In this document: positions 57,701 to 64,000 of the stretch, piece by piece
How the letters are laid out: the number at the start of each line of letters is the position of its first letter
Position numbering within the stretch: the stretch's first letter is position 1
Assembly (NCBI GenBank): GCA_013152275.1
Contig: JAADGS010000036.1
Span: 12-64,011, forward strand
Source: Actinomycetota bacterium
GTDB taxonomy: Bacteria > Actinomycetota > Acidimicrobiia > Spongiisociales > UBA4744
Direction of reading: 5' to 3'
Length of the DNA: 64,000 nt
Notes under the pieces: generated by a model
Database searches by the model: none
What the model saw: only the letters and a program-made list of their open reading frames with translations
Told to the model about the DNA's origin: nothing
Position numbers and translations under genes: made by a program

Positions 57701-58305
57701 GCTGCCTCGACTGCGACCTGTACTGCAGTATCTGCGTGGGAGTGTGTCCCAACATGGCGCTCATGACATATGTTTCGAAGCCGATCAGCGTGGATCTCCC
57801 GGTCGTTACGATCAACGACGGTGCGCATGAGGTGATCGATCACACTCCGTTTCGTGTGGAGCAGGACTATCAGATCGCTGTGCTGACGGATTTCTGCAAT
57901 GAATGCGGCAACTGTGTGACGTTCTGTCCGACCGCGGGCGAGCCGTATCGTGACAAGCCCCGTTTGTACCTGAACCGCGAAGACTTCCTTGCCGAGACCG
58001 GCAATGCCTTCATGCTGTCCGAGAGGGACGGGGTGGCATCGATGCAGGGGCGGTTCTCGGGAGAGACCCACGAGATCGAGCTGAACGACTCCCTGTCGTA
58101 TCGGGGGCCAGGGGTGTCGGCTCGCCTCGACCCGGGCACATTCGCAGTTCTCGATGTGACCGGTTCCGACGGCTCTGTTCTCCGGTTCGAGGAGGTCGCC
58201 ATCATGTACGCGCTCCTGCGTGGGCTGCAGGAGTCGATGCCGCAACTTCCTCGATTCGGAGCCGAGGACAGAGGGCGCATCGCGCCGCCCCAGTTTGCCT
58301 CCTGA
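54748..58305 (+). CDS. ygfK: YgfK-like multidomain Fe-S flavoprotein oxidoreductase
   Basis: N-terminal DHOD/DPD-like barrel (NPFGVAAGPHTQ). GltD-like RVAIIGTGPAGISAA...AGGM and VIGAGDTAMDCA. C-terminal ferredoxin motifs CLDCDLYCSICVGVCP and CNECGNCVTFCP. SD GGAGAG precedes the ATG at 54748. Confidence 0.9.
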   Translation: MSDRFHPISMRQLSHWIFSDLAENDCVFGVPRSAFFVPGPDDHFRTNNYGYPMDNPFGVAAGPHTQMAQNIVVAWLNGARFIELKTVQTLDELDVPKPCIDCQDEGYNVEWSQELKIHESFDEYLRAWVLIHALHRKLGFAGDGPGMIFNMSVGYDYAGIRRPNVQWYLDQMHDASAYLDEYVDIVAEDCPEVRDIDIPARLSDTITLSTMHGCPPDEIEKISKYLMRERALHTSVKSNPTLLGPGKVREILHDDLGYVDVTVPDEAFEHDLRYEDAVAMFHRLLRVAHSMGVTFGVKLSNTLEVLNFREVFEEATMYMSGRALHAITVNVANELNEEFKGDLPISFAGGADAFNVPALLRSGMKSVTVCSDLLKSGGYMRMLQYFETTDAAMGLVGATDLADFIARSAIRDPGFGDFASILSTTSFSDTGLNPDMDECEALAAFLSAGFEGSASEAIRDWGVRRGLTETEVGEFADEVVKALARINLRSYASQVRRAFELKKSSFLRDRSKTARPLGLFDCIEAPCEDECPVNQRVPEYMRAVQDGDWARAVEVTRQDNPIPTILGEVCDHLCELTCIRTHYDEPLAIRGIKRFIMKHETDPNLVPQAPPNGIRVAIIGTGPAGISAAERLAMNGFSVTMFEQHLYAGGMVAGAIPEYRLPQPEIDHDLEVLDELGVEIRYGQTAGKDFTVSDLREQGYAYIVVGVGAQIGKRLGLEGEDAAGVIDALHFLREAREGHPVRVGKRVAVIGAGDTAMDCARTAWRLGADEVTVVYRRTIDQMPADREEVHALLEEGIGVVELASPVALHIEGGALTGLVCVRNEYRGDRDGSGRKIPHPIEGSEFELPFDMLILAISQHASIDFFGEEVPRLTDRGYLEVDPLTLETSVPGIFAAGDVAGSGPASIVKAAADGKAVAAAIIAREGGVVEPAPRVLPDIPVADLQVRKAHREYRVPITHAPVAERKNFAVSTFPYTVEEARAEAARCLDCDLYCSICVGVCPNMALMTYVSKPISVDLPVVTINDGAHEVIDHTPFRVEQDYQIAVLTDFCNECGNCVTFCPTAGEPYRDKPRLYLNREDFLAETGNAFMLSERDGVASMQGRFSGETHEIELNDSLSYRGPGVSARLDPGTFAVLDVTGSDGSVLRFEEVAIMYALLRGLQESMPQLPRFGAEDRGRIAPPQFAS

Positions 58306-58598
58306 CCCGAGAGCAAGGCCCAAGGCTCGAGGTTGCCTGCTTTGATGAAGGCGTCTTCTCGCCCGCCGTGTGCCCACGTGTCGAACGGCGGCGCACGGTC
58401 CTGGAAGAGGGAAGAGTCCGCTTCGAAAGGCACCCGTCGCATCGAGCGCCTCGTCGAGAGGGCAATTCGGCGGATGCGGCGAGGATCACGGCAGGAAAGA
58501 GTGGGGGGCGACGAGACACCACGCGAAAAGCGATAGGCTTGGATCAATCCGCACCCGTTTCTCGGTCGAGACGCGGCCTCGAGATGAAGGAGAGAGTC

Positions 58599-59552
58599 AT
58601 GAGAAGCTTCGCCGGTCGGGACATCTTGTCCCTCAAAGGATTCGAACGTGCCGAATTCGAGCACGTGTTCCAGACCGCCACCGAGCTGGAGCCGATCGCC
58701 CGGGAGCGCCGGAACACCGATCTGCTGGCGGACAAGACGCTTCTCACCGCCTTCTACCAGCCGTCGACCCGAACGAGGATGGCCCACGAAGCCGCGATGC
58801 ACCGACTTGGCGGCCATGTGCTGGGCTTCGCCGACGCGAAGATGACCCGCGCGGGTGACTTCTACCAGGAGTCGATCAAGGACACGGTTCACATGCTGGA
58901 GTACTACGGCGACGTGATCGTGATGCGGCACTTCCAGCAAGGTGCTCCACAAGAGGCGGCCAAATGGTCCAGCGTGCCGGTCATCAACGCCGGGGACGGC
59001 TGGGGCGAACACCCCACACAGATACTGACCGACCTGTACACGGTGCTGACCGAGAAGGGCACGATCGACGGGTTGACATTCGTCGCGATCGGAGACATGC
59101 GGATGCGCACGATGCATTCGCTCGGCTACGCCCTCACACAATTCGATGCCCAGATGATCTCGGTTGCACCGCCCGAAATGTCGCTCACCGACGACTTCAA
59201 GGCCGAACTCGCCGAGCAGAATCTCTTCGTCAGAACGGCCGAGCATGTCGCCGACGTCATCGGCGAGGCGGACGTGATCTACATGGAGCCGGTGGTCCAG
59301 GCCGACTACACCAAGGGTCGGGACGAGCGTGCCGGTGAGGCAGGCTCCACACCGGACAACTACAAGGTGACCCGTGCACTGCTGGCCGACAAGGCAAAGT
59401 CGGATGCGATCATCCTGCACTCGCTCCCGCGTATGGACGAGCTTCCTGCCGACGTGGATGCAACCAAGCACGCCCGGTACTGGCAGGAGGCCTACAACGG
59501 CGTCGTCATGCGGATGGCGCTGCTGGCACTCGTGCTGGGCGCAACGGAGTAG
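58599..59552 (+). CDS. aspartate carbamoyltransferase catalytic-chain-like protein
   Basis: Motifs QPSTRTR, GEHPTQILTDLYT and HSLPRMDELP. SD AAGGAGAG precedes the ATG at 58599. No pyrI or pyrC neighbours. Confidence 0.82.
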   Translation: MRSFAGRDILSLKGFERAEFEHVFQTATELEPIARERRNTDLLADKTLLTAFYQPSTRTRMAHEAAMHRLGGHVLGFADAKMTRAGDFYQESIKDTVHMLEYYGDVIVMRHFQQGAPQEAAKWSSVPVINAGDGWGEHPTQILTDLYTVLTEKGTIDGLTFVAIGDMRMRTMHSLGYALTQFDAQMISVAPPEMSLTDDFKAELAEQNLFVRTAEHVADVIGEADVIYMEPVVQADYTKGRDERAGEAGSTPDNYKVTRALLADKAKSDAIILHSLPRMDELPADVDATKHARYWQEAYNGVVMRMALLALVLGATE

Positions 59553-59553
59553 G

Positions 59554-59588
59554 GAAGTACCTGGTACTTCGTACTTGGTACGAAGTAC
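59554..59588. promoter_or_regulatory. overlapping palindromes GAAGTACC-T-GGTACTTC and GTACTTCGTAC-TTG-GTACGAAGTAC
   Basis: Begins 2 nt after the stop at 59552 and lies 36 nt before the ygeW-like start. The 18-mer 59557-59574 recurs inverted at 62902-62919. Confidence 0.45.
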
Positions 59589-59623
59589 GAAACACCCGAT
59601 ACGGCTCAACGCAGGAGGACGAG

Positions 59624-60598
59624 ATGCAGACTGGACTGAGGGGTCGTGACATGATCACGACCCAGGAGTGGACCAAAGACGAGATCGACACCGTTCTGGA
59701 TCTTGCGTTCGATCTCAAGCGCAAGCAGGCAGTCGGCGAGCCGCACGCCTACCTTCGTGACAAGGTGCTGGCGATGTTGTTTTTCTTCTCGAGTACCCGA
59801 ACGAGGGCGAGCTTCGAGGCAGGGATGGCGCAGCTCGGTGGACACGCGATGTTCATGGAGTCACGAACGACACAGATCAGCCATGGCGACACGGCAACCG
59901 AGATCGGCGAGATCCTCGGCCGCTACAGCGCGGGAATCGCGATTCGGCAGGTCGACTGGGGAGTCGGCAACGCCTATCAGCGAGCCGTGGCGGACGCGAG
60001 CCGTGTTCCGGTGCTGAACATGCAGTGTGAGATGTATCACCCCCACCAGATCCTTGCCGATGTGATGACCATCATCGAGAAGAAGGGCGACCCGCGCGGG
60101 CGCACGCTCAACGTGAGTTATGCGTATGCTTCGAGCTACCAGAAGCCGCTCAGTGTGCCGCAGAGTCTCATCTTGCTGGCGACCAGATTTGGCATGAACG
60201 TGCGCCTGACTCGTCCGCCCGAGTTCAAGCTGATGCCCGAGATCGTCGCCCAGGCCGAAGAGAATGCTCGGCGGTCCAAGGGCTCGTTCGAGATCCTCGA
60301 GGATTTCGAGGACGGTTTCCGTGATGCCGACGTTGTATACGCGAAGAGCTGGGGAGCGATGCTCACCACCACGGACGATGAGAAGTCGGCGGCAATCGGG
60401 TCCAAGTACACGGACTGGATCACCGACGAGCGGCGAATGGCTCTGGCGAAGGAGGACGCGATCTACATGCATCCGCTTCCGGCCGACCGTAATGTCGAGG
60501 TGACCGACGGAGTTCTCGACGGGCCGCACAGCGTCGTGTTCGATCAGGCGGAGAACCGGCTCCACGCACAGAAAGCAGTGATGGCGTTGACGATGTAG
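59624..60598 (+). CDS. ygeW: YgeW-type (knotted, catabolic-type) carbamoyltransferase
   Basis: SSTRTR, GNAYQRAV...VLNMQCEMYHPHQILAD, YAYASSYQKPLSVPQSLILLATRFGMNV and MHPLPADR. These track my recollection of E. coli YgeW more closely than OTC or ATC. SD AGGAGG. Confidence 0.85.
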   Translation: MQTGLRGRDMITTQEWTKDEIDTVLDLAFDLKRKQAVGEPHAYLRDKVLAMLFFFSSTRTRASFEAGMAQLGGHAMFMESRTTQISHGDTATEIGEILGRYSAGIAIRQVDWGVGNAYQRAVADASRVPVLNMQCEMYHPHQILADVMTIIEKKGDPRGRTLNVSYAYASSYQKPLSVPQSLILLATRFGMNVRLTRPPEFKLMPEIVAQAEENARRSKGSFEILEDFEDGFRDADVVYAKSWGAMLTTTDDEKSAAIGSKYTDWITDERRMALAKEDAIYMHPLPADRNVEVTDGVLDGPHSVVFDQAENRLHAQKAVMALTM

Positions 60599-60643
60599 CA
60601 CCGGGTGTGAACCAGCCGGTGCGGGGCATCGAGAAGGAGAGAT

Positions 60644-61603
60644 TTGTTGAGCAACACCAGACGTCCGCTCGCCGTGGTGGCCATTGGGGGCAATTCGCTG
60701 ATCAGGGACGCCGAGCATCGCTCGGTGGAAGATCAGTACATTGCGGCCGGAGAGACGGATCAGCACATCGCCGAGTTGATTCGTACGGGTTGGGATGTAG
60801 CTATCACTCATGGGAACGGACCTCAGGTGGGTTTCATCCTGAGACGCTCCGAGCTCGCAAAGCACGAATTGCACGAGGTTCCGCTCGATGCCTGCGGTGC
60901 CGATACACAGGGAGCGATCGGCTACGCGCTCCAGCAGAATCTGTATAACGACTTCCTCCAGCTCGGCATCGACAAGACCGTGGCAACGGTTGTGACGCAG
61001 GTCGAGGTGGACGCCACCGATCCGGCGTTCGAGCATCCGGCAAAGCCGATTGGCACGTTCATGGATGCCGAGGCGGCCGCCCGCCGACGGGAAGTCGACG
61101 GCTGGGAGGTCGTGGAGGACGCAGGCCGGGGCTGGCGCAGGGTCGTGGCATCACCTCTCCCGAAGAGGATCGTCGAGATCGAGGCCATCCGGGAGTTGCT
61201 CGGAGCGGGGATGGCGGTCATCTGTGTCGGGGGAGGAGGCATCCCTGTCGTCGCCGACGAGACTGGTGCCCTCACGGGAGTCCCTGCAGTGATCGACAAG
61301 GACCGTGCCTCCGCCCTACTCGCAAAGGAACTCGATGCGGACCTGCTGCTGATCAGCACCGCGGTCGAGAAAGTGGCGTTGGGCTGGGGTACGCCGGAGC
61401 AGCGCTGGGTCGATCGGATGAGTCTCGAGGAGGCGAAGCAGTACCTTGGCGAAGGCATCCATTTCGCCAAAGGGAGCATGGCGCCGAAGATCGAGGCGGC
61501 GATCACCTTCCTCGAGGGCGGCGGTCGGGAAGTTCTCATCACGGACCCGGCGAACATCGAACGAGGTGTTGCGGGTGAGACCGGGACCCGGATCGTGCAA
61601 TGA
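60644..61603 (+). CDS. arcC: carbamate kinase
   Basis: VVAIGGNSL, ITHGNGPQVG and GGGGIPV motifs. TTG start after GAAGGAGAG. Confidence 0.92.
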   Translation: MLSNTRRPLAVVAIGGNSLIRDAEHRSVEDQYIAAGETDQHIAELIRTGWDVAITHGNGPQVGFILRRSELAKHELHEVPLDACGADTQGAIGYALQQNLYNDFLQLGIDKTVATVVTQVEVDATDPAFEHPAKPIGTFMDAEAAARRREVDGWEVVEDAGRGWRRVVASPLPKRIVEIEAIRELLGAGMAVICVGGGGIPVVADETGALTGVPAVIDKDRASALLAKELDADLLLISTAVEKVALGWGTPEQRWVDRMSLEEAKQYLGEGIHFAKGSMAPKIEAAITFLEGGGREVLITDPANIERGVAGETGTRIVQ

Positions 61604-62856
61604 CACCAGATCATGTCACGGGTTTGCGCTGCGTCATCTGTGGAAAGATCTACGCACCTGACGAAGTGGAGTATGTCTGCCCCGAGCACGGGTATGACGG
61701 CATTCTCGATGTCCTGTATGACTATGACCTGATCGCTTCTCGGACACGGCGGGACGATCTCGGGGCGGAGTGGTCCATGTGGAGGTACCGGCCACTGCTT
61801 CCCATCGCGGCGGACGCTGCAGTCCCACCCCTCGCCGTCGGGTGGACCCCTCTCTACGAGCTGCCCAAACAGGCCGAGAAGCTCGGGCTTGCCAGGCTCT
61901 GGATCAAAGACGGCGGGAGGGAACCGACCGCGTCGTTCAAGGATCGGGCGAGCGCAATCGCCATCGTCAAGGCCCATGAGAGAGGAGCAACGGTGATCAC
62001 CACCGCCTCGACGGGGAATGCCGCCGCCGCGCTCAGCGGCCTCAGCGCGTCGGTGGGCCAGGAGAACGTGATCTTCGTCCCCCGTTCCGCTCCAGAGGCG
62101 AAGATCGCCCAGCTCCTTGCCTTCGGCTCGACGGTATTCGCGGTTCGAGGCACGTACGACGATGCATTCGAACTCTGTCTTCGCGTCGCGGATGCATATG
62201 GCTGGTACAACCGCAACACCGCCTACAACCCCTACATGAGCGAAGGCAAGAAGACGGCGGCGTATGAGATCGCGGAGCAGCTCGGGTGGGAATCGCCGGA
62301 CGCCGTGCTCGTGAGTGTCGGAGACGGGTGCATCATCGGAGGTCTCCACAAGGGTTTCAAGGACCTGCTTGCCCTCGGCTGGATCGATCGGATTCCACGG
62401 CTCATCGGTGTCCAGGCCGAGGGAAGCAACTATCTGGCGGAGGCTTGGGAGACAGGTGAGGACGTGTTGACCAAGCCGGCCATCGACGCCCAAACCGTCG
62501 CGGATTCGATCTCGGCAGGGTTGCCGAGGGACCGGATCAAGGCGATGGCGGCGGTCGTCGAGACCGACGGCGCGTACGTGACCGTCAGTGACGACGAGAT
62601 CCTGGCGGCAATCCCCGCGATGGCGAGAGCCAGCGGCGTGTTCGGTGAACCGGCCGGCGCTGCCGCATACGCCGGGCTCCTCAAAGCGAAGGAACTCGGG
62701 TTGCTCACCGCGGGAGACAAGGCAGTTGTCCTGAACACCGGAAGCGGTCTGAAAGACGTGGCGTCGGCAGTTCGAGCCGCCGGCATGGCAGGAAGTGTCT
62801 CGTATGAGATCACGCCCACCCTGGAAGCCGTACGGGCGGTGATGGAGGCCCCGTGA
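61600..62856 (+). CDS. threonine-synthase-family PLP enzyme with N-terminal zinc ribbon
   Basis: ATGA overlap with the carbamate kinase. CVICGKIY...CPEHG, PLP-lysine motif TASFKDRAS, and TASTGNAAAA. Confidence 0.85.
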   Translation: MTPDHVTGLRCVICGKIYAPDEVEYVCPEHGYDGILDVLYDYDLIASRTRRDDLGAEWSMWRYRPLLPIAADAAVPPLAVGWTPLYELPKQAEKLGLARLWIKDGGREPTASFKDRASAIAIVKAHERGATVITTASTGNAAAALSGLSASVGQENVIFVPRSAPEAKIAQLLAFGSTVFAVRGTYDDAFELCLRVADAYGWYNRNTAYNPYMSEGKKTAAYEIAEQLGWESPDAVLVSVGDGCIIGGLHKGFKDLLALGWIDRIPRLIGVQAEGSNYLAEAWETGEDVLTKPAIDAQTVADSISAGLPRDRIKAMAAVVETDGAYVTVSDDEILAAIPAMARASGVFGEPAGAAAYAGLLKAKELGLLTAGDKAVVLNTGSGLKDVASAVRAAGMAGSVSYEITPTLEAVRAVMEAP

Positions 62857-62894
62857 TTCTGCACGAGCCGCACCTTCCTCCCGTGTACGAAGTA

Positions 62895-62922
62895 CGAAGT
62901 ACCAGGTACGAGATACCTCTCA
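62895..62922. repeat. inverted copy of the GTAC-rich motif (GTACGAAGTAC GAAGTACC-A-GGTACGAG)
   Basis: 62902-62919 is the exact reverse complement of 59557-59574. Intergenic, 20 nt before the next start codon. Confidence 0.45.
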
Positions 62923-62941
62923 CCCCAGACTGGAGATACTC

Positions 62942-64000
62942 ATGATCGACCTCACCATCCACGAAGGCCCGCTGGAACGGGCGCTGCAACGCGCCAGAGA
63001 GCGCAACATCATCATCCCCACGTTCGCTCAGCAGCGTGATCCGCGTCTCATCCCGGACGCCATCAAGGAGAAGTTGCGGGGTGTGGGTCTCTGGGACCTC
63101 GACCCGATCAACCTGTTCAGGATCACCTGGAAGAACGAGCCGGTCTCCAGCGGCGGTGGCTTTGGGGGAGTGAACTTCATCGAGTATCCGAAGGAACTGA
63201 CCGGCATCGAGGCGCGCATCGTGTCGCTGGTAGGGAAGTGGTTCCCGACAGGTGCCCACAAGGTCGGTGCGGCATTCGGCTGCCTGGTGCCACGACTGGT
63301 CACCGGACAGTTCGATCCGACGACCCAGAAGGCCGTGTGGCCTTCAACCGGCAACTACTGCAGAGGAGGAGCCTATGACTCGCATCTCCTCGCGTGCGAC
63401 TCGGTCGCGATCCTGCCGGAGGGGATGAGCAAGGAGCGGTTCGAGTGGCTGGCGAAGGTCGCCGGTGAGGTCATCGCCACTCCGGGCACCGAGAGCAACG
63501 TGAAGGAGATCTTCGACAAGACCTGGGATCAGAGCGTCGGGAGAAGACGTCGTGATCTTCAACCAGTTCGACGAGTTCGGGAACTATCTCTGGCACTACA
63601 CGATCACAGGTCCCGCCATGGCCGAAGTGCTCGCGCAAGTCATGGGCGCGCAAGACCGCTATCGAGGGGTCGCTCTCACCACGGGATCCGCGGGAACGAT
63701 CGGGTCGGGTGACTACCTCAAGCAGCAGTATCCGACCTCGAAGATCGTTGCCAGTGAGGCGCTGCAATGTCCCACGTTGCTCGAAAACGGGTTCGGGTCC
63801 CATCGCATCGAGGGCATCGGTGACAAGCACGTGCCATGGATTCACAACGTGAAGAACACGGACTTCGTCACCGCCATCGACGACGAGGCGACGATGCAGC
63901 TCCTGCGACTGTTCAACGAGCCTGTCGGTCAGGAGTACCTCGTCGAACGTGGCGTGGCGGCAGAGTTCGTGGAGAAACTGCCCCTTCTCGGCATCTCCAG
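62942..64000 (+). pseudogene. PLP-dependent fold-type II (TrpB-like TGAHK motif) enzyme, reading frame broken near 63525; runs off the window
   Basis: Frame 1 is convincing up to ...NVKEIFDKTW and then turns Arg-rich. The +1 frame from 63528 reads IRASGEDVVIFNQFDEFGNYLWHY...TTGSAGTIGSGDYLK...HRIEGIGDKHVPW and stays open to the window end. Confidence 0.6.

Noticed and set aside
58306-58598. PyrR-type attenuator upstream of the ATCase-like gene
   Set aside because: The closest stretch (GGTCCTGGAAGAGGGAAGAG) does not match the PyrR binding loop as I remember it, and no terminator/antiterminator pair is evident.
57870-59609. 579-aa minus-strand ORF
   Set aside because: It is antisense to the YgfK C-terminus and the ATCase-like gene, both of which have clear family motifs on the plus strand.
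60922-62493. 523-aa minus-strand ORF
   Set aside because: It is antisense to the carbamate kinase and ThrC-like genes. The translation is Arg/Pro/Ser-rich.
63515-63535. Programmed ribosomal frameshift in the TrpB-like gene
   Set aside because: There is no slippery heptamer or obvious downstream stimulatory structure. A simple indel or an assembly error in the GGG run is more parsimonious.

Overview
High-GC, actinobacterium-like chromosomal window. It is densely coding, with many ATGA/GTGA overlapping stops and starts. All calls come from reading the ORF translations and the DNA by eye; no searches were run. Left to right: (1) about 7 kb bounded by imperfect direct repeats of a tRNA-Val 3' half. 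It holds a frameshifted integrase remnant, an ECF sigma/anti-sigma pair, lipoproteins and a MacAB-like exporter. (2) An ABC-2 exporter with two paralogous permeases, about 1 kb of decayed sequence, and an SdpR/SdpI-like pair with a perfect palindromic operator. (3) Housekeeping-like genes: NTF2-like protein, quinone oxidoreductase, membrane proteins, NUDIX hydrolase and a permease. (4) A 15-kb sugar/polyol cluster: PfkB kinase, RbsBACC-like ABC importer, Fe-ADH, FGGY kinase, Zn-ADH, AraD-like class II aldolase and SorC regulator. It ends in a RuBisCO-like protein translationally coupled to a split transketolase. (5) A GH-like lipoprotein, then an S8 protease with a (WGNLT)n tail followed by a GGDEF-EAL protein, an acyl-CoA synthetase, an SMP-30-like protein and pncB. 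(6) A three-subunit xanthine-dehydrogenase-family enzyme, an IS21-like scar and an orphan PilV/W/X-like pseudopilin operon. (7) An ssnA-ygfK-ATCase-like-ygeW-carbamate kinase-ThrC-like-TrpB-like cluster, which looks like a variant of the enterobacterial yge/ygf purine/ureide catabolic module. The two best candidates for undescribed biology are (7) and the RLP-transketolase cluster. No complete tRNA, rRNA or CRISPR array was found.
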